Below are positions 22,361 to 36,686 of a stretch of 64,000 bases of DNA, in pieces. Each line of letters opens with the position of its first letter. Within the stretch, counting starts at the first letter, position 1. Under the pieces are notes generated by a model that was not told the origin of the DNA, made no database searches, and saw only the letters and a program-made list of their open reading frames with translations. A program made the translations under genes and the position numbers. Source of the DNA: Octopus bimaculoides (Eukaryota); NCBI RefSeq assembly GCF_001194135.2, contig NC_068993.1, forward strand, positions 19,242,607 to 19,306,606, in the 5' to 3' direction.

Positions 22361-25057
22361 AATATGTGTGTGCGTGTGTGTGTGTGTGCGTGTGTGTGTA
22401 TGTGTGTTTATATGTGTTTGTGTGTATGTATGTGTGCATGTGTGTATACATATATCGATTAAAAGTTTATACATTTAAAATGAGTTACTCTTAATAAGAT
22501 CAAAATTTTCCAGACAATTTATCTCATGTTGTATGTATGCAAAATATTTATATCTACACTTAGTTTCGATCGCTTAGATCGTATTTGATGGATATCAAAT
22601 TGATCAAAATGCAGTATAGATGTAAATATTCCAAATATACACTTTAAAGATCGTGTTAATACCCGGAAAATCATAATCTCATAATGACTACACACACTAC
22701 CACATACCCAGATATTTCTATTTGTTTACATATGTATTAATATACCCAAAGACGAACAAACAGTAACTAATGTGTGTATGCATGTATGTATATATGTATT
22801 ATGTATTCATATGCATCTTAACGTGAGAAATGTTACTGGTGTAGTGAAGATTCGATGTTGATCTAATTTTATCACTTAACCATTTTTTCATATTTCCTCG
22901 TGAATTTATTACAGTGTATTTTTGATAGAGATTTTTCTACGACTGCGTTCCTAGACTTCCACACCATCTTCTGGAAAAATGGATTGAGTTTTCCGTGTTT
23001 TATTGTTGTTTATTTTTTTCAGCGGGCAGGTCTAATAGGAGTGTTAGTTTTCGGTGAGATTTTTGGACCCTTGGCAATTAATAAGAGATAAACTGAACGA
23101 CAAACCTGTTGTTATTGATGTCTCTGCTCACCCTTTCATTAGGGATTTGGTATACGCTGGTTAGTTGGTCACCCTTAAATTTAATTGGCACTGTTACAGA
23201 CATAGTAATAATATCAGAATAAATTATAAAAAGATAAGAGTATGAATAAGGCTTCCAAATTTTGGCACAAAGCCAGTTATTTTTGAGAATGAGAGTTAGT
23301 TAGATGATTATGTAGTGTATGATTTAAGTTACATATATATTTGAGAGGATGGTTAAAGTTGGTTCACTAATAATCATTAGCTGTGTTCATGAAACATTGC
23401 GCTAGATACAAATCAATAGAATAAATTTCTCCCCAGTACAGTAGAGAATGCAAAGTTGCTAGTATTCGTTTCTACAATTTACTTTCATTTTATGTTGTGA
23501 TCCAAGGCATTAGAATTGCTCCTTGCATCAAATGCATCGTAACCGATGGGGAAACGCTTTCCTTCACCTGTTAATGTGACAGCGGTAATCATGAAGTTTC
23601 AAATTTCTGGACTCCTGCCTTTATCATTGTATTTTCGCGGATTCTCATGGCTTTCTCTTCCCGTCCAATTTCCTTAATATCAATTATGATTCGGGAGCTT
23701 GAATCATAGTGAATATTTCATTACTTGATTACACAACTATAGACGCCACCCCTATGGATATGTTGCAGTTATTCTCTTAATAGAGCTTGGTGATCCTGAG
23801 ACAATGTAAGAAGTATCGTTGGCTTAGTTCAGCTCTTCCGCTACTTCTTCACAATCCGTCATGCTACAGACCCAACATTTCGCTGTATTCCTGGTAGGGT
23901 GTCTTTTGTTATAAACAATTATTACTGTTATTATTCTAGTTAACATTGTATAAATATTATTATTATTATTATTATTATTATTATGATATTATAATTTGCG
24001 TTGCCGAGTCACAAAATAGCCAGATTTTTGGATTCACCTACATCATACACAAGTAATTGATGTGTATTATATCCTTATTATTCTTAATTTACGTGCTCAC
24101 ACGGTGAAATATACACTTTAATGAAAGATTGCATAGCAAATATTACTCATGTGATGTGTTAATCATTTCAAATAACCAGTAGGTACCTAAATGAATCGTG
24201 ATCTTGGCTCTTCGTGAAATTGACGAGCATATGAGGACAAAAGAAAACATACCTTAAAGTCATTCTCCATACATATAAATTATAACAAGCTGAAATGCTG
24301 AGTAACTCTGTGAAATAATAAAGACCACAATAACACAACAAAGTTCATTATTTATATATTATAATTTTATAATTTTCTCTTGTATTAAGATATTCATTGT
24401 TGCTGATGTATGCTATAAAAATATTTCTATTCACTGCTTCTTGCACGAACTTTATTATTGTGTAACTAAAAACACCCCTCCCCACACACATACGCACGCA
24501 CACACACACATGCACAAACATATACACACACGCATACAAACAAGTATACGCAAGCAAACACACATTATGCGTGTGTATGAATATATATGTATATAAAACA
24601 TATATATAATATATATAATATTTATATATATATACATGTATATATATATATACATACGTACATATGTATATATACATACGTACATGTATACATGCATAGA
24701 CACACACACACACATATATAGAGTTGCATATATTTGTATGATGTAATACAACCTAATATAATTATTTCTCCTATAACATCAGGAATGTGTCTTGAAGCAA
24801 AAAAAGCTGCCAGTGTCTACATTATATATGCAATAGTGTTATATAATTTAATATGATATAAACTTAACAGAATAAAAAAAAACAGAAACTTTTCGTTGCA
24901 TATCTAATATAAAATATTTTCTTTAATATACCTATCTCAAAATATGTATTTATTTCAGTTAAGTTAACATCATACGCATGCGCGCGCAGACACACAGATA
25001 CACATACACACGCACACAAACACATACACACACACTCACACTACATGCACATGTGTG

Positions 25058-25178
25058 TTGCGGTAAAAAGCTTACTTCCCAGCTTTCTGAGCTCAGATTT
25101 AATGCGTGGCACCTTGGGCAAGTGCCTTGCACGATAACCTTGTATGTGGATTTCGTAAGAGGAAACTGAAAGAAGCCC

Positions 25179-25181
<3 letters not shown>
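25058..25181 (+). mobile_element. SINE family B head (tRNA-like, deleted)
   Basis: ggtaaaaagcttacttcc...gcgtggcaccttgggcaagtg...gtggattt...gaaactgaaagaagccc followed by (TA)n; the same unit is reversed at 52122 and 57541. Confidence 0.7.
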
Positions 25182-25218
<37 letters not shown>

Positions 25219-27014
25219 ATTAAAGGGAAGATATATTGTTGATTTAGTATATAGGGGTCGGCTTTGCACCAAGCCCTACTCTGTGAGTTTAGATCTCGTA
25301 AAGGCCACCTCCTTACCGAAACGGTGACAGTTTCGAACTGGACGTTAATAAATTAACTCAGCATAATCCCAGCTCCAAACATATAAACCCAAACCACCAG
25401 CTGACCCCCTTAACAACACTAACCCTCATAATTCTTACAATAATTTCACTACTAACACTCGACCCTTTAATTTACCACAACGCCTAACTATAGTACTTGT
25501 AAAAATAAAAAACGAGACAGAAAATACGACCAGGCACAATAATTATCACATTATACATTATGCATTGCTTGTACATATGAAAATTAGCTTGATCTGAGAG
25601 GTGGGTTGCTCTCTCTCTCTCTCTCGGCATGTACGTATGTATGTATGTATAGCGCAGGGTATTCCCTCCGATGCAACTCGGATTTTCAGATTCACTGAAT
25701 TTGATCAATTTCGTAACAAGACATTTTTCTATGGATTAGGTTGTGCTTAAAATTTTTACCCGAGTATCCGTACGTTAGTTTAACCCACTACACCAACAAC
25801 AGACGAATTGAAGAAAAGATATTTATTCGCCATCTGCCCTCATAGGAAAAACATAATCTTATGGAAGAATTCGCAACCTAATACGATAAAATGCAGTTGT
25901 ATGATAATCAATATTTGTCATATACAGTAGTCTCTTTTTTTACTTTAGCATTCATTACGTAAACCGGTAGTTTTGTGTTCCTTACAAACCATGAACACAT
26001 GGTATTATTCTGCTAATAACTTCCCTACTATAAACCAGTATAAACATCTGTCCCACAGAATATGACCTAATGTGGCAATTGAATATAACACATGCACCAT
26101 AATGTTGGGAATTCCAGTAGAGCACAAACTGCCATCTTTTCTTTCTATTGCTTGAAGATTTGCATTGATCGATAATCTCTATTTCTAGACATAAATATTG
26201 AAATGTATATCACGTCCGTTTGTTAGAAATAACTGAATACCTTTACGCGTGGATGTCCATAAAATATAAAATGTCGAGGATGAATCTCTACTTAGAATAG
26301 CATTCTTATTCCCCTCTACAAACAAAACACTACACAAAGAAATCCATAATATAAAACAAACATTAGCGAGTAGCATTATACAAAGCTAGTAGAAGAAACA
26401 CTATAGAGACAAATTCAGTGCTGTAAATACATCAGAATTCATATCAATTAAAAATAAACAAATCATACACAAAATATATTACACGAACCAAATTCGTATT
26501 AAATATTAAATAAATGAACGGATAAAAAAATTATAATCCAGATTTCAAACAGTATTGTATCCAATCGTAATAATATTATCATTGGTTGTAATATTAATCA
26601 TTAAGAATATATAAAGAAAACGATAACATTTCACACCATCGTTCCAATAACAAATTACAAGCTGCACTCTTCCTTTCACTTACCAGTTCTCTGTCAGTAT
26701 TTCACTGCTCTTATTGGCAGAAAAGCGTAGGACACAAAATAGCATAGCATAAAATCTTTCACATCGGAAATTTCCAAAGGTACGTAATGAATCAGAATGT
26801 GCCAACTCACGATAAGCGGGTATTAGGAGTAACTAGCTCACTACTTCTTCAAGGAAAAATGCATGGTACAGTCAGGGGTTCCATACAGTGGAAGTTACGC
26901 TTTGTAATTGACACTAAAATGAAATACTAATATATCTATACGTATATATGATATAGCTGCTGCTCCAAAATGAAGAGTATCATTACACGTGGTCAATACT
27001 AAGAGCCTATATAC

Positions 27015-27152
27015 AGCAGTAACTGTCGCGACCTAGGACCCTGTCCACTTGACTAACGATGTACGATTAAATCTATCATATGCGAGGTAGAATTCATCGC
27101 AACCATAAATAATAAAACAGATAAGAAGACCTATATTGAATTAAGTGAAACT
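27015..27152 (+). mobile_element. Penelope-like element GIY-YIG endonuclease fragment, subfamily 1
   Basis: SNCRDLGPCPLD*RCTIKSIICEVEF...DKKTYIELSET resembles the PLE pattern CNCR..CPL.G.C...IY...YIG..E. Confidence 0.6.
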
Positions 27153-27163
27153 GTCAGTAAAAA

Positions 27164-27535
27164 ATGTGGTATCTCTAATTGAGGGATGAGAGTTCTTTTC
27201 CAAAGAGGGTCAACGTTTTACAGTGAAAAGCAACTTCACGTGTGCTTCGGAGAACCTGATATATGTGCTAACTTATTCTGGGTGTCGAGAGCAATACATA
27301 GGCCAAAACAAAAACAGTCTACGTCAAAAGATGGCTCCACATAGATCCCAGATCGTAATTCGGAAATACAGAAAAATAGCAAAAGCGAACACATTGACAT
27401 TTGCGCCAATGACAAAGAACCCAACATCAGAATGTTTTCCCTCTATCAATTCAGAGACGATGCAACCTGTAGTCAGCGCATTATTAAAGAATTTTATTTT
27501 ATCACAAAATATAAACCCATTTTCAATGCGTCCAC
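27164..27535 (+). mobile_element. Penelope-like element GIY-YIG endonuclease fragment, subfamily 2
   Basis: GQRFTVKSNFTCASENLIYVLTYSGCREQYIGQNKNSLRQKMAPHRSQI, then a frameshift, then EHIDICANDKEPNIRMFSLYQ...RIIKEFYFITKYKPIFN. Confidence 0.85.
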
Positions 27536-27727
27536 CACAAATTACTCCATTACAAGGGCCTTAGAATAATACCCAGGCAAATATTGAAAACGATATATTC
27601 AGAACAGTAACTACCCATGAACTTATTGAGAACAATTCCAGTCACTACCACTACAACCAATTTTAGGTCACTTGACCATTTAAGAGGATTCCACCAACAT
27701 CCTACTACTGTCATACCACTCCCGCAT

Positions 27728-27764
27728 TCTTCTTCTTCTTCTTCTTCTTCTTCTTCTTCTTCTT

Positions 27765-27838
<74 letters not shown>
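27728..27838. repeat. (CTT)n(TAT)n compound microsatellite
   Basis: Direct reading. Confidence 0.95.
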
Positions 27839-27839
<1 letters not shown>

Positions 27840-28218
27840 GGCCGCCGCCGCTTCCTTTCACAACTAATACTGCTGCTTAAACAATCAAAAACAAGAATTC
27901 ATATCAAATATCAGAACTAGTACTACCTGCTGCCCACTACCTAGAACTCACATGAGAAAAGTGAGAGAGAGAGGAAGAAAAAAGGAAAATGTCCCTTGCA
28001 TTTGAAAACTATAGAAATATTTTAAAGAAACATTTTATTTAATTTTTCTACAATTTATTTGTTTTTCATGCTTTACATTAAGTTGAAAAAGTCGCAAAGA
28101 TTGAAACCGGTACTAAAATGTACTTCATGATAAAATTATTGTAGCATTTTCTACCTTGTCTTTTTTGCTTATACATATCGACTCGTGTGTTCCTTTTTAA
28201 CCTTCTACACACACACAT

Positions 28219-28269
<51 letters not shown>

Positions 28270-28398
28270 TATATTTGTGTGTGTGTATGTGTGTGCATGT
28301 GTAGGCGTGTGTATGCTTGTATGTGCGTGTATATGCAACTTTGTGTTTGAGTTGGTATCTCATGTTCGAGAATAGGCTTTGGTTTGTTTATCTTGTAG

Positions 28399-28497
28399 CA
28401 TAGCAATTTGTCAAAAGGAACCAACAGAATGTCGAATGCTCAACAGATGGCAACCTCGCAAATGCTCAATGGGAATCCCTCACAAAACCAAGCGGTT
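28399..28497 (+). other. Candidate 99-nt exon (HSNLSKGTNRMSNAQQMATSQMLNGNPSQNQAV, or Cys-rich alternative frame)
   Basis: Acceptor tttgtttatcttgTAG, donor GTT|GTTAGT. Two frames are open across it. Confidence 0.25.
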
Positions 28498-28566
28498 GTT
28501 AGTATCCATTATATATCCACACATTTATTTCTAACTCAATCTTAAATTCAATATTTCTTTAAACCT

Positions 28567-28785
28567 AAGGCAGCGAGCTGGCTGAATCGTTACTGCACCG
28601 GGAAAAATGCTTGGCTGCATTTCGCCGGTCTTTAAGATCTGTGTTCCAATTCCGCCGAAATCGACTTTGTCTTTCATCCTTTCGGAGTCGATAAAATAAA
28701 TACCAGTTGAGCACGGGAGTCAATCATTTAGACTTACTCCCTCCACCGAAATTGTTGGCTTTGTACCATAATCTGATACTAATAT
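28567..28785 (+). mobile_element. SINE family A
   Basis: aaggcagcgagctggctgaatcgtt...ttccaattccgccga..tcgactttgtctttcatcc...gtcgataaaataaataccagttgagcac. Confidence 0.85.
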
Positions 28786-29493
28786 TTCTTTAAACATATC
28801 ATTCCATAACCTCTTTTGATTTCTTATAGAACAAAGCATCTTGTATTTTGGAGAATAGTACTCTCTACGCTTAACTTTGGCATCATTAATATCTCCATCT
28901 CTACTGTTCACAAATATAAACTATACCCAGCGATAAATTTACTTTATTAATATCGTCTTTGTTNNNNNNNNNNNNNNNNNNNNNNNNNNNNNNNNNNNNN
29001 NNNNNNNNNNNNNNNNNNNNNNNNNNNNNNNNNNNNNNNNNNNNNNNNNNNNNNNNNNNNNNNNNNNNNNNNNNNNNNNNNNNNNNNNNNNNNNNNNNNN
29101 NNNNNNNNNNNNNNNNNNNNNNNNNNNNNNNNNNNNNNNNNNNNNNNNNNNNNNNNNNNNNNNNNNNNNNNNNNNNNNNNNNNNNNNNNNNNNNNNNNNN
29201 NNNNNNNNNNNNNNNNNNNNNNNNNNNNNNNNNNNNNNNNNNNNNNNNNNNNNNNNNNNNNNNNNNNNNNNNNNNNNNNNNNNNNNNNNNNNNNNNNNNN
29301 NNNNNNNNNNNNNNNNNNNNNNNNNNNNNNNNNNNNNNNNNNNNNNNNNNNNNNNNNNNNNNNNNNNNNNNNNNNNNNNNNNNNNNNNNNNNNNNNNNNN
29401 NNNNNNNNNNNNNNNNNNNNNNNNNNNNNNNNNNNNNNNNNNNNNNNNNNNNNNNNNNNNNNNNNNNNNNNNNNNNNNNNNNNNNNNNNNNNN

Positions 29494-29542
29494 TCCTCCT
29501 CCCCCTCCTCCTCCTCCTCTCCTCATCCCCCTCCTCCTCCTC

Positions 29543-29602
<60 letters not shown>

Positions 29603-29625
29603 ACATCATCGTCATCATCGTCATT
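29494..29625. repeat. (CTC)n/(CAT)n repeat
   Basis: Direct reading. Confidence 0.9.
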
Positions 29626-30549
29626 TGCCATAATTTATTCATATATTTATATTTGTAGACGTAGTTACCTTCATTTATATATTTTTTATTGCCACACTCT
29701 TCAGTTGCTTTTATTGATATATTTTATTTTATCTTGTCTTTAAACTGATATATTTCTACTTTCAGTTTTATTTAATGTATAAATTTATTCTTATTTCCGT
29801 CAATTGTTAATCTCTATGAAAGTAGTATATATGTCAGGAGAATTTGCAATTAATTCTAACAGGTGAGAGGGGCCAGGTACAACCTCCCTTCTTTTGCGAG
29901 TAAAGGCAATAACATAATGTCATCCCCTGTTTTATAGGAATTCGTGAACTCTAAATGTATATATATATATATATATATATGATAATTAAAAGATTCTTTT
30001 CCACCTGACGCATATTAATTGATTAAAAATTTCGCCAACTCTGCCACAACACATGATTCTAAAAAAGTAATTACTATATAGGAAGATGGTCAGCTCTTAT
30101 ATTCACTAACTTGATGAGAATCACAACGCTCACACAGTAGAAACACTAAGTGGAAACACTAATTCATTATTATAGTAAACATTAAAATAATAAAAGTTTT
30201 CCAAGTGCACACATATAGAAATGTAAACTTCTCTCAACTTCTGATCCTCCACAAACATCTAGTGGCACTGGACTCACAAGAAAACAAGCCACAGATAAAT
30301 GTTCCTGCAACATCAACCACGCTAATCTTATCCACATATATTATAAATGACATTCAACGTGAACAATGATTTGTAATATGTACTCCGTTGTCAATACTAA
30401 TATATTACTGTGTTTACCTGAAAACTCTATAGGCTTTTGTCGATATGAGTTAAGCGGAAAATGAGAGATTTCTGAGAGAAGAGATGAACAGTTTCAACAA
30501 TCATATACTTGAGGATCACAACACTGAAATTACAAGTTAGGACTCAGAA

Positions 30550-30550
<1 letters not shown>

Positions 30551-30632
<82 letters not shown>

Positions 30633-30665
30633 TTAACTATCTATCTATCTATCTATCTATCTATC
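30551..30665. repeat. (ATCT)n tetranucleotide repeat
   Basis: Direct reading; the same motif occurs as (GATA)n at 63700-63830. Confidence 0.95.
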
Positions 30666-30842
30666 NNNNNNNNNNNNNNNNNNNNNNNNNNNNNNNNNNN
30701 NNNNNNNNNNNNNNNNNNNNNNNNNNNNNNNNNNNNNNNNNNNNNNNNNNNNNNNNNNNNNNNNNNNNNNNNNNNNNNNNNNNNNNNNNNNNNNNNNNNN
30801 NNNNNNNNNNNNNNNNNNNNNNNNNNNNNNNNNNNNNNNNNN

Positions 30843-30899
<57 letters not shown>

Positions 30900-31291
30900 A
30901 GAATAAGAAAGATAGATATATATAGATACGCGTATACATGCGTATACATACGTATAATTATTTTAGGAGAAAGTAAAATCAAATGAACGTTACGGACGTT
31001 TCCCTGAACTAACATCGTTTCTTTCGCATTACAAAATTATGCATTATATACTATGAGTGTCAGAAATTAACGATGATTCACTTCTCAAGAATTCTGAACT
31101 TGAATAACAATCTGCGATGCAGGATACTTTTCACCATTTCATGGGTGTATTAACAACATGCAAATAGTCGAAATGTATATCTTTTTTCGATGATATATAT
31201 CCTACCTTTAGATCACGATATCTGAGGACATGAGTCTTGTTACATATTTCCATACATTATGCCATATTTTTACGCCATGTATTATGCCGTG

Positions 31292-31330
<39 letters not shown>

Positions 31331-32899
31331 ACACACACACATATATATACAAGCTTATNNNNNNNNNNCATACACACACACACACATATATATACAAGCT
31401 TATGTGGGCAGTGCCTGAAGATTGTGTTAGGACAATTCCACGTGTTATACACATTGTCTGGCATGCTCTCAGCACATAAAACTAAGTAACACATAAAAGT
31501 TGCTCGCACATAAGAGTAGCTTGCTGGGGGGACCTTTTACTCCGCATTCGTTAATTGTTTGGGGGGGGGTCATGTTTTTCTGTGCAGATGAAGATAACCA
31601 CAAAAGCCCACTATTACATAACTACTACCTAATATCTACATCAATAAATCCAGTAATCCATTACGTTTCGGATGTTCTAACACCCAATAATACTCATTGA
31701 ATAAAAAAGAAAAGAAGTCAAGCATAAACTATTTTTAAAATTAAGCTGTATGTATTAATGCCTAATGAAGAGGAATTGTATAAAACGTTAAAGAGCATTA
31801 CTCCGGTGTTAATCAAAAAATAAACCAGTGAAAAATACAGTCAAAGAGAATTAATGACTCACAGTTGTGGTGCATCTAACAACAAGAAGCGCTCAAGAAT
31901 TGCACCGAAGGTTAGATGGTGACGAGTTTCTGGTGAGGGAAAACTACCCGAAATATGAAGAGGCTTGCGCTCGCAATACGGTCATGCAGCAAACACTTAT
32001 TAATGGATGAAAATTATGAAATACTACATAGATGTTTAATAGAAAATAATTGTAAACTTGAAAGAACGTAGCCTTTTCGCCTTTTTCAATATATCATTTA
32101 GAAAAAACAACAATGAATATATTGGAAACAAATATGTATGTATGTATATATGTATGTGTGTGTATATATGTGTGTGTGTTTGTGTGTGTGTGTTTTGTAT
32201 ATAATGAACTTGTTTCTGTAACCCACATTAGCTGTTCATCAACTCAAAAGGTAGTAAGTTATTACCTTTTACTTTGTTTCGGTGATGGAAGAAAATGAAC
32301 GTGTCTTACTGTTTTTAAATCTGTATTCATTCACTTCAGCGATGGAGTAATAATCCATGTGCTCCGAACGAGACGTATCTATTAAGACTCTCTGACTGTC
32401 AGTCTGTCTGTCTCTTTCTCTCTCACTCCCTCTCTCTTTCTGATTCTTCGTTAATCAGAAGAAGGTTTTATGACCACCAAAGCGTTTTATTCGATTCTTC
32501 TAATGAAACGTGTTCGCTCCTTAGAAACGACCCTATTGTTTATAAAATACCTCTTGTAAGCTTGGGACGTTTATATTAATTAGCAATCAAAATCGATAGA
32601 AATGCCAGAGCTAAATTAATCACTGTAATTTGTCACAAGAAAATTGTAATCTCTCTTGGTTAATCTATGCTCTACTTTAAGAAGTTAATATATTTTTATC
32701 TTTCTGTTATTCCTCTTCCCGTTTCTGATATTCTAATATATGTGTTTATACCTCTAGATAAATATCGATCTTTTAAATAGGAAATAAATGTGCTTTTATT
32801 CATTTTAATCACCTCATACTTAAATTAGTTTGTGTAAGATAATTGCTATTTTAATAAAGTCATACAATGGTATTTAGTTATATTAAGCAAATTGTCCTT

Positions 32900-33290
32900 T
32901 TGGTGGCGCAAGACGGAAGATGTACAGAGCATTGAAAAAGAAGACAGATGCCTTTGAGATGTGGGTCTCTTGTAGATTGGGTGGAATGACTTGCAAAGAC
33001 AGGGGAATAAACACTGTAGTACTACAAATGCTGAAAGTTCAAAGACACATATCATCGACAATCAAGTCTACAGAGCTTTCGTCCTTAGGACATACTTTAC
33101 TCCACAAATCATTGCCCAAGACCAACCTAGTAGATGAAGAGATCAAGAAGAGGTGAAACACAGTTTGTGAACAATGGTTTCACAAAATGGTGTGAAAACA
33201 AGAGCTTAGCTGATTGTACGCATGCAATACAACACACATGGACCTGGAGATTCTTAGCAAATAAACCAATGGACACGTGTAAGTTAACTA
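32900..33290 (+). mobile_element. RTE-clade LINE, 3' coding remnant
   Basis: LKKKTDAFEMWVSCRLGGMTCKDRGINTVVLQMLKVQRHISSTIKSTELSSLGH matches the RTE C-terminal pattern IDAFEMW.YRR...ISWKD..TN..VL. Confidence 0.8.
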
Positions 33291-36200
33291 GCTGATGGCT
33301 AATGATTTAGCTAATAGTTATAGCTTAATGATTTACGTACCTCAAACAAAAAGAAAAAAGCGCAAATGACAATCTATCTCAGTTTGCTTTGTACCGAGTG
33401 AATATTGTCTCTCAGCGTTATAGGTTCACGTATTTACTTGAATTATTTCTTTAATTTTAGTAGAACTACTATTCTATTGCATATTAAAGATATACTGCTT
33501 ACATCTGAATTACCCTCAAATATCGATTAACCGATCTTATTGCGATTGTCTACTTTCTTTCATCTTTCTATATTTCAAGTATTCCGGAAAGGTTTTGTAA
33601 ACGAATTGCATGGGTAGTTTAAGTTTTTCCAGTTCGAAGTTTTTCCAGTTCGGCACATAATATATGAGGCTCCATGTCGTAGCTGGACAAAACTAGGTTT
33701 CTGGGAGTATATGTATAAATTATATAGAAATAACTGTATTTAAACAGCAAAATATAACTATATAAATATTTTACATTATATATGCATGCATATGCGCGAA
33801 AGCACATTTATACACTAAAGCGAACAAACACATATACAGACACATACACAAACGCACAAACAAAGGCAGACACACGAGCACACACACACACACAAAATTT
33901 TGTGCGTATATATATATGTATTAATGAAAGTAAAAGAATTTGTGTTACAGCATGGTGAAACTCGAGATGTAAAATAAAATCTCATTCCAGCTTCAATATA
34001 AAACTATATCCTCTACAACATGTATTGAGCACTTCTCTCTCATCCGGCCAACATAACCCAACATACGTATATACATTTACCTATATGCGTATGTGTGTGC
34101 GTGTGTATGCGTGTGTGTGTTTGTGTGCATGTGTGAGTTAGTGTGCGTGTGTATTAGATATGTATTAATATNNNNNNNNNNTATATATATGTATATATAC
34201 ATACATACTTATAAATACATATGCATACAACACAGGCGCATATATTTACATATCGCTGTCTAAGTGTAGGGAGAAAGAGTGAGAGAGATGAAGAAAGAAA
34301 GCTTTTATATTTATAATACATTTATATATAATCCATACAAACACAAACATTTATGCACGCTTGTGCCTGCGCATGTATGTGTTTGTGTGTGAGTGTGTTG
34401 CATGAAGAATGCTTATCTACTTACGTATACCAACGGAAATGCAATCACTTACGCACAAAAGCCCGACATAATAGTTGGACAAAAGTGAAAGAAATCAGAG
34501 CTGACCTTATAGACTAAAGGTCAAGCAGATAATGTTTTCAACGTTAATTTTCTTCTTTTCTTCAAGTATTGCTGTCTAGTTCAGAGAATTCAATTAAGTC
34601 GTTTCGCTTTAAAATGCAAAATTTACTCTATCAAAATAGTACAATCACTCCATATTTCATATAATAATCTCATAGACAAAAGAAGCGTTACTCAGTTTAG
34701 CTAATAGATTATAAGGTAGGTAAATGTGAATTATTATAGTGACTATAATACTTTTCTCTTTCTTTATCTCTTTTCATTGGAAAGATTCTGAGAAATATTT
34801 CTGAAAGGTCTAATGTCTTTGAATAATTTCATAAATCATAATTATCTATCTAACACTAAATATTATAAGTCTGTAGCGGTATGTGACTGACCAAAATCTA
34901 GGGTTCTATTATTGGTATTTCGATAATTTGCGGAAATTTCAATTATTATATTTTGACCTACGCATGCTTGACACAACATCTCACGTGGATTTGTACCTTT
35001 GAAACATCATCCACTCTATTTGTTTGGTAATTTAATAAAATAATTCATAATACAGCCTAACACATTCTGTCTTTGGTTCTGAGCTTTGATAAAGAAATAT
35101 ATGGGTGATGGGGAAAATGTGGAGCTGGTGGGTTTTAAACTTACGAGATCAATGTCTTAGGAATGATATCACCATCACAATCTTATTTCCTTGTCCTTGA
35201 GATTAATAAACTTAATCAATGTGAAATTACATCCAACTAAATGTAGATGAGTTAACTAGAGAGAATGCATGAATTAATTCGACCTGCTAAAAATGGGAGC
35301 CAAGAACCTTGAATCATCACACCTTAATATCTTTAAGATGGGATAAACATTGGATAATGCAGGCCAACGGATTTTATCTGGAAAAATGACCGGATTGTCA
35401 GGTTAGAATTCCTTTAAACCTAGATGAATCTGGTGGAACAAGATTCATGTAGGTCAAAACAACAGTAATTAATTACGTTGATCTATATTTAAATAATCAA
35501 AGCCTTAAATGTTAATCTTCTCTCACATCTATGTGAGAAATATATAGTTTAGTTTAAATCTTTATTTTTTTCTTTTATTTTCTCTGGTATATTGACTCAA
35601 AGAAGAATTTTAGAATATGTTAGAAAAAACGTTCTGGCTTCGTATCTAATTTATAAAAATATTTTTAGTTACTACAAATGAGTGATAGCCAGACTCAATA
35701 TATTTGGTTATTTAGGAACGAATGTCATTCAACTCTCTTATCTACATGATTAAACACTTGTCAGATGTTTTTTTTATATCTGGGTAGCTACCCTGTGTGC
35801 ATCAATGCATTATTTTTCCCGTGTTAAATGATATTGTATACTGGTCTCCGACTTAATGGCTAACAATAGTCAACAGATAATAATAGCTACTATTTGAAGC
35901 ATTGATAAGCCAATCAATCAATCGATTAGTGGAAATAGTCAGAGGCAATATCAACTAAAACGTAGCAATCAAATTATATAAAAATACCAATTGAAAATAA
36001 CAATAAAAGGCATTAAAGATATCAATGACATCCCGATAATTAAACTATCGATCTGTTGCAAGAAATCATCTGAAAAATAAATAAATAAATTTCTTATGAT
36101 GGCATCATACTTATATAAAGCAAAATTGATTTTATTCATTTCAGCACCAGCTATATTAATTTTATAGTCTTTGAACACAGGATTTCCTAATTAAGATATT

Positions 36201-36474
36201 TAATGTTTATTTATTTTTTTCGTATTGAGTTCGGAAAAAAGAAAAGAAAACAATGCATTAGGAATCTAATGACAATCATTTTCACCTCATGGAGGTTTCC
36301 CGACTTATTTCATGCAGTTTCGATGTGCAGTCGATAAATAGAATGCTTTAAGGCATTGCATTCGAAAACTATATTTTACAATTTTAATTTAGTGGAACAA
36401 TTGCTGTTTAGCACATTTATACACGACAAACTTAAAATTAGTTCATTTAAAAGTAATATTATTTGTGTAGTCTG

Positions 36475-36686
36475 AAGGTGGCGAGCTAGCAGAATCGTTA
36501 GCACGCCAGTCGAAATTCTTGGCGGTATGTCGTCTGCCGCTACATTCTGAGTTTTAATTTCGCTTTGCTTTCCATCCTTTCGGTGTCGATAAATTAAGTA
36601 CTAGTTTAACACTGGGGTCGATACAATCGACTTGCCCCCACCCCCAAAATTTCAGGCCTTGTGCCTATAGTCGAAAGGATTATTGT
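36475..36686 (+). mobile_element. SINE family A
   Basis: ggtggcgagctagcagaatcgttagcacgcc...gtcgataaattaagtactagt...ggggtcgatacaatcgactt...ggccttgtgcctatagtcgaaaggattatt. Confidence 0.9.

Noticed and set aside
22990-23200. Protein-like frames on both strands (LDPWQLIRDKL...; PIKFKGDQLTSVYQIPNER)
   Set aside because: No consistent splice boundaries or recognisable family.
31655-31700. Minus-strand GGGTGT-taga-ACATCC-GAAAC helix-II-like stem
   Set aside because: No CUGANGA box; possibly a decayed repeat but unsupportable alone.
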